Origin: Podarcis gaigeae
Taxonomy: Eukaryota
Direction: 5' to 3' (one strand)
DNA length: 64,000 bases
Assembly (NCBI GenBank): GCA_964106915.2
Contig: OZ066921.1
The notes beneath the pieces were generated by a model. That model did no database searches. It saw only the letters and a program-made list of their open reading frames with translations, and was not told the origin of the DNA. Position 1 is the first letter of the stretch. Each line of letters begins with the position of its first letter. A program made the position numbers and the translations under genes. Below are positions 33,256 through 48,113 of this stretch, piece after piece.

Positions 33256-36200
33256 TTAAATGTACATTAAAAAAAAATCCAGAGAGGTGGTGGTGCTTGA
33301 TCCATATTGGAATCCCAGTAGGTAGCACGTAATGGTCTGTGTGCTTTTAACCCTTTGCCTTCTGCTGTGATCCTAATCAGGACCCTATACCTGCAGTTTG
33401 CATGGAGGAATAAAGCTCTCATCTAAACAAACAGGTGTTTTCACCCAAATTCCCTGCTGCTCACCAAGCAAGGTTCCTGATCTGGATTGCCCCTTCAGAC
33501 ACATGGCATTTTGTGTAAAAAAGACCAGCTACACGTAAAAGGTACAGATACGTAGTGGTAGAAACATGGCAAGGGCTTCTTGTCTCTTCCTCAGCCCCAC
33601 CTCTGGTCAAAAGCTGGCCAAGATAAGTTCAACATAAAGACCAGCCTTTCTCCTGAACCTTCTGTTGCAGTCAGCTGCATATGTAGGATCTCAAGGTATG
33701 CACAGGAACTCTCCATGAGACCAAGAATGATGCTCATTTCAAGGTGGGTTCAGACAACCTGCTCACAACCAGCTTGGTCATCTTTGCTGGACAGCGAGCA
33801 TGCTGAAGGGATGAAAATATCATCTAGCAATGCACCTCCACTGGCTGAAGCCATGGGCAAGTTGTCTAGCGCCAACTGAAATTGTCAGACGAGTAACTCT
33901 TCCTGGTGATGGACTTATCCTGTCTTTTCTCTCTTTATGTGCCTCTGTTGGAGATAACACTGGTCTGCCAGGCTTCCCAACTGGCTCCTTGGCCAAGACA
34001 GAGGTTGGAATGACCTTTCCTTTTTTGCCCCATGAAGCTAGAAACCTTTCCCTCTCTTTTATAACTGTCCACAAAGCCCTTTTGTCAAGCGTCTTCCCAC
34101 CTCTCTCTTGACTTGCAACCTGGCCGGGTAGGCACACCATGTTCACAGTGAGTTGAGGTAATAGACATGTTAAATTCAGAAAGAGGAGATAAATGTGTCA
34201 GGCCAGGCGTGCTTTTCCCATGCAAAGCCCACATTTTCCCATTGTGGACCCATTCACTGAGGTAGAAGACCCACCTGCTATGGGGTCTCATTGAGGACAT
34301 GCATGATCAATCGAAGCTGGTGGCTCCTTTGCAGACATGCTGAGTCATGCAAAGTCTAGGCTAACAGAGCACTTCTGCTGGAGTGGAGGGGATGCAAGTC
34401 ATGCTTTGTTGGCACCATCTGTCATCATCAGCATGCAGTGTCTGGACTGGTGGAGACCAGTTGCCATTGTCTGGAAAATGCATGCGGATTCTCGCCACAT
34501 TCCACATTTGCGCGAGTACAGATGTCGTCTAGAAATTTACACAAAGCCTTACTTGGGACCAAATCAGGTGGCTGACTTGCTTGAATGCTGAGGTTTAAAC
34601 ACCAGACCAACTACTTAATGGATAGACAATTGTTGACTCTTGAGGTACAGTATTAAGAGCTTTGTGATGCTCCTTAGCTGAAATGGATGTAGACTCTAGA
34701 GCTGCAGTTTCTGATGTGACCACAAGATGTAACAATGGCCTTTAACGTGAGCCTCACCTCTATATACCTGTGCCTTGGGCCAGGCCAGGCAGATCTATAC
34801 AGAATGCTGATGCAGACTCAACTTGATGTAATGGATGTGTTGGCGATAGATGGGTGGCTCCTTGCTGTCTAGGCTTGCTGGCTGCATGCAACCAGGTTGG
34901 GCTAGAGATGGATCAGGCCCCTTTTTCAGTGTGGGTGCTGGGGCAGGGGAGTGATACTAACTTGCTTTGAGCAACTGTTTCAAACACAGGTAGGTTTAAA
35001 ATAATTTTATGCTTTGTTGGAAACACTATATCCAGTTTTATAACTATGTGCAGAGTACTAAATCGATAATATATAGTGCTAATGAAATTGCAGGTTCAAT
35101 ACAACCATGACGCCACCAGCCAAAATCACATCCTTACTCTCCTTCCTCCTCGATGCAAAGACACTTCTCCCCGTTTTGCAAAAGACTAAATATTCCAATT
35201 TATCTTATTCAGCAAAATTTATATACCATTAGTCAAATCTCCTAACATTGCTCTCACTTTCTTTTGGTTTTGTTGCTATTTTCTCTTATTTTGCAAAAAC
35301 ATTAAGCTGCAAACATCTGAAGAGCACTTTGACTTTTCTGGGATATTTTCAGAAAAAGGCCTCCCTTCCCAGCAGACCTTGGCTATGTTCTCGAGCTATC
35401 CTACCAGTTCAGTGGAGATGGTGGTGAGGCTAAATAGGCCTAGCCAGCACTCCATGGAAGGGGAATGCACACCCTCAAACCTATCCCCCAATCTTCTGCA
35501 GCAGTAGGAAGTTTGGAGAACACTTAGGCCATTCTGAATAGGGGACACTGGCATGTTTCTCCTCCCAAATGGATAGGCATAAAAATATCCCTTCCACCCA
35601 TTCTCTCCAACATTTTATTGTGCAATCCTTTTCACACTTACATCCGTGTAAGCACCATGGAGAACACTGTGATTTACTGATGAAGAAGCACAGGAATCAA
35701 CTACAAGATATGGTAGTAAGAGAAATCTGGTTCAAATATAGTTGAAAACACCCTGATTAGTTGAAAAGTCTAAAAAGTGGAGTGGGTATTTGTACACTTA
35801 GTGGTCAAACCCCGAGGCATGAAGATTACACTACAACAGAGGCAGACATCCAGACACCATAGAGTTAAACAAGCCCCAGACAGAGCAGAATACTGGGAGT
35901 GGGATCTTCCATCTCCTTTCCCCATTCTAATCTGATGAGGGTTGGGTGGTTGCTTCCAGTAACAGCCAGAGCATCTTACTTGTGGGATAGAAGCTTCATT
36001 TACAATTTAGATGATATGGATGCAGCTGAGAACTTTAAACTAGAAACACTTTCACTGTGCATCCTTTCAATAAAGGATGTGGTCACACTGCCGCACCCCG
36101 CTGCCAAGTAGATGCCTCACTCCCCCTCCAAGCAGAGAATTTCCTTTGCTGCTTTCTTTGATGAATCACAACAAGGGGGTTGCATAACATATTGAAGAAG

Positions 36201-37298
36201 CAATGGCAGAAGCAGAAGCCCTGAAAAGCCACCTGCGGACAAAGCCCTCTGCCCAATTATCCACCTCCCCACCCCAACTTCAGATGACGATATTGTGAGC
36301 AAAATGAGTTAGGTCTAGCTAGGCGGGGAAAATAACTTTGTAAGAGCAGAGAAATGGCTGAGTGAGTAAAAAGCACATTGCAAAGCTGTCTTGCATCACA
36401 GCGGACTCCAAAATGCCCAGCCAAAGAAATGCTGGATGAAGTGGACAGCAGAACTGGTTGGGGCAATGCGGAAGGTCAGAAACTGACCGGTGAAGGAAAA
36501 GGAGCAGAGGGTGGCAGTGGAGTGGGTGGAGCCCCAGGGTGGGACTTTAGAATCAGTTACCTGTTTCTCTTAGAGCAGTAATGGCTTGTGGGAAATTTGG
36601 GAAATGGGGGCTCCTCCCTTTTTCCAGATCTCTCATTTGGGTTGCAAAGCAAAAAGAGAGAGAAGGCCCAATAAGAGAGACACCCCAGAGCATGTGGCCT
36701 GCAACTTAACACACTGATTTGTACTTCGAAAGAATTCAGCTCCTGAAAGAGGCAAACGGAACAAGATTACTTTGGAAATGGTGGCTGTGGCTGCCTTGAC
36801 GCAGACCACATGTGATGCGTTATTTTCTCATCCCTGCTCTCTTGGACAAGTTTAGACAAGTGGTGACGGGTGTCTTAAGTCACATGGACTTCTTGAGAAC
36901 TGGGCTGCAGCAACCCTTTCTCCCTCCCTTCTTCAACAGGGCCTCCCCAGCCTAATTCCAGGCCAAACTTCCTCTTTCTATCCCTCTTCTTTGTGCAGTG
37001 AAAGGCATTTGTCTGCTGGTCGTTTCCCTTCCTCCCAGCCTTTCAGAGTTTCTCAAGAGTTCCTCCTACTGCTCCTGTTGCTGGCTTCTCTCTCTGCTCC
37101 CACCTGCCTTGCCTCCTTGGGTGGCTTTCTTGTGCTTAACCCCAGATTGGCTTTCCAACAACAAATCCACCATTCTCTTTAGCCTCACTCTTTGAAAGTC
37201 TCTCCCTGGTTTTGTTTCCACCTCACTGAAGGATCTCAGGCCCTGATGCTGGAGGGAGATGCAGGATTTGGCCAAGGCATGAGAAGTCCAGGTTAAAC

Positions 37299-37358
<60 letters not shown>

Positions 37359-40224
37359 CACCATCTAACTATGCACTTTCAAGGTGGCACAAGAACTGGG
37401 AAGCTGATGAGACTTCAGAAGAAACCAAAAATCCAGTGTCACATATAAATGGCTAGTGGTTAATTCAGGTTTCAAACATAGTAAGAGACATACTTACCAA
37501 AACCACTATTGTCAGTACTCAGCCACCCTTATTGAATATAGCAATGAATATACTACAACCTGTTTAAATACAGATGCTGCTATCAGTGGGGCCACTCCCA
37601 GATCTGGAAAATTTATCTTTGCACCTGAGGAAGCTGCACAGCAGAGATAGCCAATGGGTTGCCCTTCAGAAAATATTGGACTCCAATTCCCCCTAGCCCA
37701 GGATGGCCAAAAGTTAGGGATGATGGGAGTTGGGATCCAGCAAAATTGGGTGGGGGAACCATGTTGGTTACCCCCCCCCCCACTCAATAGAGAAATGTGA
37801 AAAGAGCAGCTCTGAAAGGTTTGTCTGTGGGAACCCTTCAGACATGTCCTTCGTGGAGCTGTTAAAATGTACACTTTGGCTAGAGAGGTATTTTTTTATT
37901 CAACAATATTCACAAGAGGGCTGTACATATAAGGAAACTTACTCACTGAACATAGTATATCTATTTTTTTGCCAATTGCCCATTTTTCTTCTTTAACATG
38001 AAATGGCAGCAACAGCTAAGCCTGCTTTGACATGCAAAAGTGCAAGGAACCCCTTACACAGCTATGATAGATGTTCCCTGAGCAGCCCCCAAGCTGTGGG
38101 GCCAAGACAGTGTTGCCTTGCCAGCGGGAAACCCCACACCTTTCCCAAACAATTAGAAATGCCTCACACAGCTGAGCTACATGCTTCCCTCTCCTACACT
38201 GCTTCCAGGGAATGCCATGTGTGTAAGTGCAGGGGCCATGACCCCACTCCTGTGCAAAGCCCACAGGACAGTGCCAGAACACCATTGCACCAGGTATGGA
38301 GGGTCACCACTGGCAGAGGAACCATGAAACCCCATTGCAGGAGCTCTGAAAACGGCCATGCTGAACTGCAGATCAGATCCCAGCTAAGGCTTCTCCACTC
38401 CAGGTCAGAGCTGTGGACAGCTATTCCTATATCCAGACCAGTGGTGCATATTCTCAAGCCCAAAGATGCCTTGGAGGTCAGTCACTGGAACTGAGAGCTG
38501 GAGCAGGCAGACCATAGTGCTCTGTTGAGCAGGCAGAGGAAGAAAGCCCAGAGTCCCAGGACTTATGTTATGTCTGTCCAATCCAGTGGCTTTATCTAGC
38601 CAGCCGATCACACTGACTCTGAGGCTTATGCATGCATGCACACATATATATATATACTCATGGATGGGTTATTAGGTTAGGCTCAGTTTTCAAACCTCAA
38701 AATCTTCCTATGCATTGTGACTCCTTGTCATGGCAAAAGCAGCTGCTGCAGCATTTGCCCACTCCTGAACCAGGGCAGAGACCTGGACAAGAGAAGCCAG
38801 ACTAGGCCTGCCTCAGAGCTTCTAACTGAAAGAGGCCAGCTGTGTGCACGCTTTGTGCTGTGAGGTGCATGGGGGCTGTACAAATTCTCACGGCAACTTG
38901 GAAGGAGCAGCAGCAGCATTCAGAGATGTGAGCGTGTCCTGCACATGCACAGCAACGGCAGCCGCAGCCGCAGCAGGTGTGGCCTTGCATAGGAGGGCAG
39001 AACAGCAGCAGCTCTCTCTTGTTCCCTCTTGTGGGGAAATCAAAGCAGCAGAGATGGTCAAGGCCGCCTGACGCAAACACCCTGGGGGTTGCAATGTGAG
39101 GAGGAGGTGGAGGCACAGGAGTGGGTCTGGGCTGACATGAACCATGCTAAAAACAGGTGCCCAAAGCCACCTGAACATGCAACCATCCAATTCTCCCTGA
39201 AGGGACGGACCATGGTACAGGTGGCTCCTATTCCTCACCTCCACATGCCTTTGTCCCTGGCTCAGAATGCCCAGGCAGAGTAGACCCATTTGAAACAATA
39301 GACATGACTAAGTTAGGACCATTAATTTTCCTTATTATATTTATTTATATCCCACCTTTTTCCCTGACAGGGACTCAAGGCAGCTTACAGAGAAGTAGAA
39401 ACAACTTAAAATATGTATTTTTAAAAAGCAATGGGCCTATGCTGAGTAAAACTTATTTGATGGGTGGGGTATAAATAAAATCATCATCATCATCATCATC
39501 CAACATTCTAGCATAGTGTTTTTATCTCCATTTTGATCTGCATACTCACTCCCTATTTTATATATTCATTTTGCATAAAACTGCTGAATTGGATTCAGAG
39601 CCACGGCAAGTTCAGATTTGGTGCTGATTTGTGTGGAAGTGGCCTGTGGTTGCCACTGAGATTAAAGCTCTCGCTTCCCCTTCAACAAATCTGCAAAATT
39701 ACTGAAGGACCTGATTGGACTCTCCTCCACCCGCCAAAATAGAAACATAGTTGAATAACTAAAATGGTATTCCGGGGCTCAGCCCCTAGAATGCTTTTAG
39801 GTCGGCTGTCAGATCAAGATCCTTTGCGAAGCAAAGATCCATATTATAGAAGCTCAGCTGATGGCCAAATGTAGCAGCTTTCATGGCTTTGGTTGGGAAG
39901 TGGCTGCCTGCACTTACTACTAGGAAAGATTCTGCCTCCTGCCTCAAGGCCTCCCTCTCAGCACTTTGGGGGTCTCTCTCTTACTGTGCCTGTCTTTATG
40001 TAATTCTGAGTCAGCCCCAGGCTCTGGACTCTCATGTCCCCCTCTCTCATCAGCACTGTGAATTTTCTCTTTGCTCACCCCCTAGGTGCCTAGTCCTAGC
40101 AGCAGCTGTTTCTACCTGTCAGAGCAGCTGTCCTAACACCTCCCTTCACAAGCTGTGCTATGGGGCTGCTCCATGGATACACAATCCTGAAGCTATTTAT
40201 CATGCCTCTAAGGCATAGCTGATA

Positions 40225-40589
40225 GGGATGTGGATGGCGTTGTGGGTTAAACAACAGAGCCTAGGACTTGCTGATCAGAAGGTCGGTGGTTCGAATCCCC
40301 GCGACGGGGTGAGCTCCCGTTGTTCAGTCCCTGCTCCTGCCAACCTAGAAGTTCGAAAGCACGTCAAAGTGCAAGTAGATAAATAGGTACTGCTCCAGCG
40401 GGAAGGTAAACGGTGGTGTGCTGCCCTGGTTCGCCAGAAGTGGTTTAGTCATGCTGGCCACATGACCCAGAAGCTGTATGCGGACAAATGCCAGCTCCCT
40501 CGGCCTATAGAGCGAGATGAGCACGCAACCCAACCCCAGAGTTGGTCACGACTGGACCTAATGGTCAGGGGTCCCTTTACCTTTTCCTT
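40225..40589 (+). mobile_element. Sauria SINE, duplicate of 10380-10744
   Basis: No differences from copy 1 seen by eye, including the TSD. Confidence 0.92.
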
Positions 40590-43500
40590 TAAGGCCTAGC
40601 TGAATTGAGAGACACCCCACGTCCCCCTTGCACGCTGGGAATTCTCATTTTGCAGCCCTGTAAAAATTGCCAGGCGAAGGGAGAGAATGAGGCGGTGCAG
40701 TGGCATTTTCTACTGTAGGATACCAAACATGGCATCACCAGCAAACGTATGGGACAATCAGTAAGCAAACATGTTGCTTTTTCTTTTTCAAATCCCAGCT
40801 CGGCAGCACACAACTGTTCTAAAGGTATTGTATCGAAGGGAAAGCTCCCTCACCTTTACCAAATGTGCCAATAGATTTTGCAATGGGAGAGTCCAATGGC
40901 ATCAAAATGGGTTCCGCTGTCTAAAACTGGTGTCCACTCAGCATTGAGCAGACCCTGCCACGCACACACACTTGTTACAAAGTGTGTTCACATAGGCGTG
41001 AGGCCATTCTCCAGCCCTCTTCAAAAGCAATTCTTCTGCATCAGCCCAGCCTTGCATTTGTGAATGGGAGGCTTCCTTGCCCACAGTACTGAGGCAGTGG
41101 ACAGACTTCTATTTTCTCAGAATCCTGTACACTTCCACTACTGGATTGTGAAGCCACACACACACAATGGTGTCAGCCACAATCCACATATTTCCTATAG
41201 TTTCTTGAGAAATACTGTATTTTGATTCCCTCCAAACCAGCTTCACTTCAATCTGAAATCATAAGCTTTCTGAAGCCATCCCTGCCCACTGGGGAGGACA
41301 GGCAGGCAACTTGGAAGCACAGCCCAGCTATGCTGATGCATACAAGAAAGTACAGAGCTGAAATGCAGCTGGGGGAACTGGGGTCAACCTTGCTGCATTT
41401 TAGGCCAGCAATGTGTTCACAGCCTGAGGATCAGCCAGAAGAACTTGCTCTAGCACATTGCTCTTCCCACTGTTTCTGTATATGCACATCAACCCTATAA
41501 GCATGCATGGACCTTCTGTCAGTTTAACTACCACAAGTTCCTCAGCAAGGGATTCTGGGTGTTGTTTTGATGGTGGCGTTGAGAAATTATCTTGATGGGG
41601 AACTTTAGGATTCCAACACAGAACTATCTGCCAAAGAGTTCACTGAGTAGAGGGAATGGCTATTAATCCAATTAAAAAACTACTATGTAGCTAATAAGCT
41701 CCTGCTAGACAGCTACAGAAATAAATGTGACAAGCTCAACACCTGCAACAGGATAGGAAGACATATTCCGGGAAGGTGTGGTCACCACTTGAGATGTAAG
41801 ACTTTCAGAACTGTTGTGGGGTGTGTGGGTTTGTTTGTTTTTGAGGAGAGGGTTTTTTTCTGGACATACATCAGTGGGTTTGTTCACACCAGAGTTTATT
41901 GTGTGTTTGCAGCTGTTTGCTTTTCCATTTAATTTGCATTATCTACATGATGCTACCCTCAAACACCAATCTTGATGCTTTGTCCCTATAAATTCGAGTT
42001 TTCCCGATACAGGGGGAATGTAATGTTGGGGGAAAGTGCAATTCCAACTGCAGTAGTTTGGAGCCCAAACTATTTATTTAGGGGTGGGCAGATCTCTTTT
42101 CACTTTCTGCTACTCACCTTTCCATGCTCAGTACTATCTCAATACCTTCATTTCTTTTCCAGTCATGTTCTTAATTATTTCCACTGCACTCCTGAATTGT
42201 GTACAGCCTTGTGGTTTTTTGATCTCTCAAATTTGCACAGAACCAGAAAACTGTACAAGCAAACCACACACACACACAAATCTGCACCAAATACTGCACA
42301 GTATCAATCTCAAAGTATGTGCTGAAAACATACAATTGCTTTCATTTCTTTTCTGGCACACTCCTGAATGGAGGAGTGTAGCCTTAGATATTTTCTTTTG
42401 ATCCTTCAGATTTGCACAAAGTCAGAAAACTACCAAAGTGCGTGCTAAGAATTAAAAATTGCCTGCCAAGTTATCTGTACACATGCCCTGTGAGTATTTA
42501 TTCGGCACAACTGAATCAGCAAATTAGAAGGCAGGGGAAAACGCAAAAATGTCATGCCTACTGACATGAAAAAGAAAGATAAAAGTTCTTCCTCATAGGC
42601 AAATTCATGTATATGCAGCCGTGGACTAATTCATATGTGGGGCGGGGGGGGGGAGTGTATTAACAGCTCAATAATGCTCAGTTGTGGACAAACCCATGAT
42701 TAAGTCACTAAAGGACTCAGCAGGGAATGAAAAGAAAGCTATACAAGAAATCTTAAGGACGATTTTCTTCATCTCTGCTGCCAGCTTCGAGGAGGAATGT
42801 TGCCATTGAATCTTGCTGGCTACTCTGATGTGGTTCACATTTTTAAATAATGATATAACTAAAAGAATATATGAAATAAAATCTCATATCCGAGGCAGTT
42901 CCAAGAACAAGATGCCCAGCAAACTGCAAGATTGGCTGGGTGAGAACAGACCCCCACAACAAATGAGGAACAAGGACAGCATATCCTCTAACTGTGCAGA
43001 AAGCAGATAAGATGACGTGCTTGGTCCTGGAGCGTCTTCCCCAGCACTGCTGCTGGAGATGGACATTCTGCATGCAAAGCATGTGCTCTCCTGCTCCAGA
43101 CACATGAAACTACCTGATTGTAAGCCAGGCAGTGGATCTTCATTTCTGCTTAGTGCTGCCTGCTCTGATTGGCAGCAAGGGCTCTGCTGAGTCTCTTTCC
43201 CAGTCCTGCAATCCAGCAGCTCACATCCAGCCCTCCTCTCTTTAGCCCCTACATTTCCACTGACTTTCAGAAGTCATTCATGGAGCAAGATGTCGGCTTT
43301 GTAAGGACATGGAAGGAAAAGAGAGCCTGCATGATGCCAATGCAGTTGTGTGTGTTTCTCTCAGGTCAGACCTGGGCTGCCTGATCCAGGCTGGGGGCTT
43401 CTCCCAGATCCTGAACTACAGTAGACAGCAGCTACGGGTAGCCTATCAGTATTCATCAAATCCATAGACTTCATACTACCTGCCAATGGCAAGGGCAAAT

Positions 43501-44180
43501 CCTGTGCCTTTAGAGGGGCCACCCACCCACTATGTTTTACTTGGCTGAGCCCTCGTCCCCCAGTACCTGATTCCTGGCCTGAAGTGCTGAGAGCCAGCGC
43601 TTCCTAGGCTAGAGCAGGAAGCTCTCACTCCTTTCTTCCCTCCAGGCAGAAGAGGAGAAAGTCTGTTCAACAAAGCACTGAGGCCTTGTGCTGGATGGAG
43701 CCTCACTTTCAGGCTATGGGCAATTTTGTATAGACAGAAGCAGATACCATCCACAGAGAATGTAGCTAGGTAGGCTCAGTACAGCTGCTACTGGCGGTGG
43801 GGGACAATGGGACAGAGATTTCTGCCCCATTCCCTCTCATTGATCAGCATGCCCCATGATGGATGGACAGGAGTATTCCCTCCCCACCCCTGCTCTGTTC
43901 ATGCATCTGTAACAGCTACTGCAGGTAGTACGAAGCAGCGGTGTTAGTAACCGCAACAGTTAGTTGTGGCATGGTCAGTTTCCCCGATTCAGAGAGAATT
44001 CAATGGATGTGAAACTTCATGGTCATCATCTCAGCTGCAGCCCCATGCAAGCAAGCAGAAAGCAAAGAGAGAGAGAGACATATATATATGTGTGTATATA
44101 TGTATATATATATAGTGAGATATATATAGATATATCATTTTAAATGGAAGAGAAACAGTCCAGCAGGCAGCTAAACTCAC

Positions 44181-44211
44181 CCTTTTGTACCGCCTATGGT
44201 CCACCAGAGGG
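44181..44211 (-). CDS. CAMTA1: CAMTA1 31-nt exon, copy 2
   Basis: Matches 14334-14364. Confidence 0.9.
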
Positions 44212-45597
44212 CTTCAGATGCGCAAAACGATAGCAAAGAGCTATTAGCATATAGATGGCAACAGGTAGACACCTTTTATTCAACAGCTTCAGATCAAGGA
44301 GGATAGGCAAGCTGCCTGCTCTGGGGAAGGGAGAGGGAGAGGGAGAGGGAGAGGGAGAGGGAGAGGGAGAGGAGAGGGTGGCCATGGTGGGGGTGTCAAT
44401 CTCAGGGGCCAGCTTGCAACAACCTACGTGCTGGGAGGGTGGGGCTGGTTGAGTAGCACCATACAATATTGAGCAAAACTCAAAGGCGGGTCTATTTTAT
44501 TGGAGCTGGGTGGGAAGTACCATTGAGGTTCCAAGACCCTCCTTCTCTGACTCAGAAGACTAGAACAAGTTTTCTTAGAAAGACTTTGTGATAATCAGAA
44601 AGAAGGTGTTCCTTAACTGTAACCCCAGGGATATGGTGGGCTACGCAGCAAGAAGTATCCAAGCCATTGTCAAAACCTTGTAGCCATCTTGGCTCACTGA
44701 CCAAAACTTCACTTTCTTACCAAGGTTCAAATTAAGTAATGAAAATCCATTAATCAGAATCAAAATTCCGATTAACAACAGATTCAACAGAAGGGTGCTG
44801 GCCACTTTTCCAAAGGGCCCTCTTCCCTCTGCTTCTTGATCCCAATATGCCGTTTTGCCACCTGAGGTGTTTTCTGCTGGAAAAAGCTAGTCATGCCTTA
44901 TTACTTGTTTCAAAGCCAAACTAGTAATTTCCTGGGCACAGGATGTGAAGAAACACCAGCAGATGGGGCTACAGGTATGACATCTGGACTGCCAATTGTC
45001 CCCTGGTGTACCTGCTAGCCCCTGGTGTACATCCTTAAAAAGTGCTGTCAAGTTCAAAGCATATTCAGGGCTTATCCAAACTTCCTCTTGTTCCGCTGCT
45101 TTCCTCTGGGGAAAACCGCTCTTTAGCACTTAATGGGAGTGCAATTTGGGTTTTCTCTGGACTGAAGTTTGCTCTGATTTAGAACTAGGCAGTGGGTTTT
45201 CCGTAGGAAAGGAGTGAGACAAGTGGAAGTGTTGATGAGCCCTTGGAGTCGGGCTATCACAAGCTAAAGAGGCTACCACTGTGCTTTGTCATATCGCCAT
45301 TTGTCCCTTCCATAAGAGGGTTTTTTTTTTGGGGGGGGAAGGTTTGCATCTCACCCTCACGTATGGTGGGAAGAATGGTACAAAATACACAAACAAACAC
45401 AGAGGCCATTGTGGGAGCAACTCCTATAAACCAGAATGTTGTCAACTAATACATGGGCAGTGGTTATTTTGAAGGTAGTATATTCTTGGAGCTCCAAAAT
45501 CTTTTAACAAAGTCTGTCAGACAAAGATTCTTCGAGTAAATGGAGCAGAGATGGCAATACAGGTGAATTAGTATCTAGTTAAACAACAAAAGACATC

Positions 45598-45997
45598 ACA
45601 TGAGAAGGGTCTGCTGGATCAGGCCAGTGGCCCATCTAGTCCAGCATCCTATTCTCACAGTGGCCAACTGGATGGTTATGGGAAGTCTACAAGCAGGACT
45701 TAAAAGCAGTCTCCCCTCTTGCAGTTTTCTAGTGACTTGTATTTAGAAGTATTACTGTCTCCAATTGGGGAGGCGGAGCATAACCATACTGGCTATTAGC
45801 CACTGATAGCCTTATCTTCCATGAATTTGTCCAATCCTCTTTTTAAGCCATCCAAATTTGTGGCCCTCAATGCCTCCCATGGGAACAAATTCCATAGTTT
45901 AATTATACACTGTCTGAAGGAGTACTTTCGTTTGTTTGTCCTGGATCCTCTAACATCCAGCTTCATTGGATGTCCACGTATTCTAGTGTTACAAGAG
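45598..45997 (-). mobile_element. CR1 3' end, duplicate of 15751-16150
   Basis: Same ORF at 45796-46119. Confidence 0.88.
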
Positions 45998-46724
45998 ATG
46001 GTTATTACATCAAGATAATATTGGGGTCTTTTTGTTAGGACTAATAAGAATGGACTAAGCAAACCTTTGAATTCTCCAGAACTCTCTGTCCTATTCAGAG
46101 TAGACCCACTAAAGTTCATGGGAATGACTAATTAAGGTTCATTAATTTACACGGGCTTACTCTAAAAAGAGCTTAGTTGGAATATCCCAAAGGCTGTACT
46201 GTTTGGGGGCTTCTTATTTTAGATAACAGAAGAGTAAGAAGTAGGTAGGGATGAGATGGGGTGAAATTAGACAGGGGGGTTTCCTTCCTTCTCTTTCTCT
46301 CACAACAGTATAATTTGGGGTCGCTCTGAACTTGGTGGGCAGTAGATTCAGGACAGAAAAAGAAATTACTTTTGACACAGCATGTAGTTAGCTTGTGGAA
46401 TCTGATTCTACCAAATGTGGCTTCAGTGGCTTTAAGAGGGGATCAGGCAAATTTATGGGGGTCGAAGAGGCCTGCATTACTGATTTCAATAATGGGTTGT
46501 ATCTAATGCTAGTCCAATTCGGAGTACACTCATTGAAATTAAGGTAACAAATTGAGCCATGGCTATTAATTTCAATGGGTCTGTTATGAGGAGGGCACAA
46601 CTCAATAGTTTTAAAACTCATTTCCTCAGTTGTATTTGCTGAAAAATGTGCACACTCATTAGTTGCTATAACTATTAAAGCATCTTGGTCTGAGACTGAA
46701 AAGTGCTTTTATGTACCACAAAAC

Positions 46725-46736
46725 CTGTTGCTCTCT
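46725..46736 (-). CDS. CAMTA1: Candidate 12-nt microexon, copy 2
   Basis: Matches 16878-16889. Confidence 0.4.
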
Positions 46737-48038
46737 CTGTGCACAAGAAAAGAAAAAAATCATAGAATATGACTTACATGAAGACTAAGAAGGCCCCGTT
46801 TCAGCTAGAAGGAGCTGGTAACAATATGATTCTACAGATCCAGCCCCACTGAGCACTGAGTTCAGTGGAGCTTACTTCTAAGTACCGGTAAGTGGGTATA
46901 GGATTGCAGACTCATTGCCTTGAGAAGCTTTGAACTGTTGCTGGGAGCCATGAAGGCATCATACAAAGGCTTGTCAACCTAAGACAGCTTCTGCACTTAA
47001 GTGACTTCTCACCACCCCAGCCAAAACTAAAGGTGAAGTGCACAATTCCAGCCTAGCAGCAATTCTACCTGAAGCTTGGCTGCCCATTCAAACCCCACAA
47101 TCTTTGTTGGTTGCACTCATTTGCACTCTGCAGTTTCCAGCATCACCCAACTAGTCCTAAATCTGAAATGACATACTTTATCTTGGGTCATATGCAGAAA
47201 GGCTCTTAGTTCTCCTTCTGTTCCTTTTTAGCACACCCACCCAGTCACTTTCCTCTTTCCTCTCCCTCCTCATGTGCCAAACTCTGAAATTTCAGGTGGC
47301 CTTTCTTCATCCTGAAGCAACAGGAACACCTCCCTCTACACCCCACTGCTTGGACTGATAGTCCTCTTGGGATGGATCCCACAGAAGCAGGTCCTATTGC
47401 CATACCTGGGGGTACCAAGACTTACACTGTCCTGGGATGGAAAGACAGGGGGCTTTTTTGAACCTAAAAAACAATTTCTGCAGACATTGAGCCTGTCAGG
47501 AAAGGTGCTGGGTTCCTATTGACCCATGCCCACATCATCAAAGCATCAACTACACAATAAACTGCCAGGGCAGTTTAGTATCTGATTTTTGAAATGATCA
47601 TTAATATTTCTTTAAGGTATAGGGAACCACTAATATAAATATACAGTATACATCTGTATATGTTTAAAGGCAGGCAGCTCCCTGAAGCATGTAAGAGGGT
47701 CCAAACCAAGAGCAGATCTAGCACTCAACAGTGATGTTATAAAACCAGATTTACACTGTAGGCAAAGGTTCACGTGGCTGCAGCCAAGAGTGTTGTGCCT
47801 GCCTTTGCCCTCAGAGGCCCAAGTCAGCTTCCCATGGACAACATCCATGGACAAACCAACACTCATGATCCAACCAGGCTCCAATCCTCTGGGGAGCACC
47901 TGAACTTTGTTTCTTGCCACAACCATTTGCAGCCACCCATGTGATTGTCCCCACTACCTTCCAATCCTTGGTCTGTAGCCCCCAACTAGGAATCTTGGTG
48001 AGGGCACACCTAGAAAGTGAACGCTGGTGATGTCTCAC

Positions 48039-48113
48039 CTGTGGCGGCAGCGTCGTAAAAAACGCATGATCTTGCGAGCAGCTTGGTCCTGCTTCTTGGT
48101 GAGCAAGCTGCTT
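48039..48113 (-). CDS. CAMTA1: CAMTA1 exon SSLLTKK...RCRH, copy 2
   Basis: Matches 18192-18266. Confidence 0.93.
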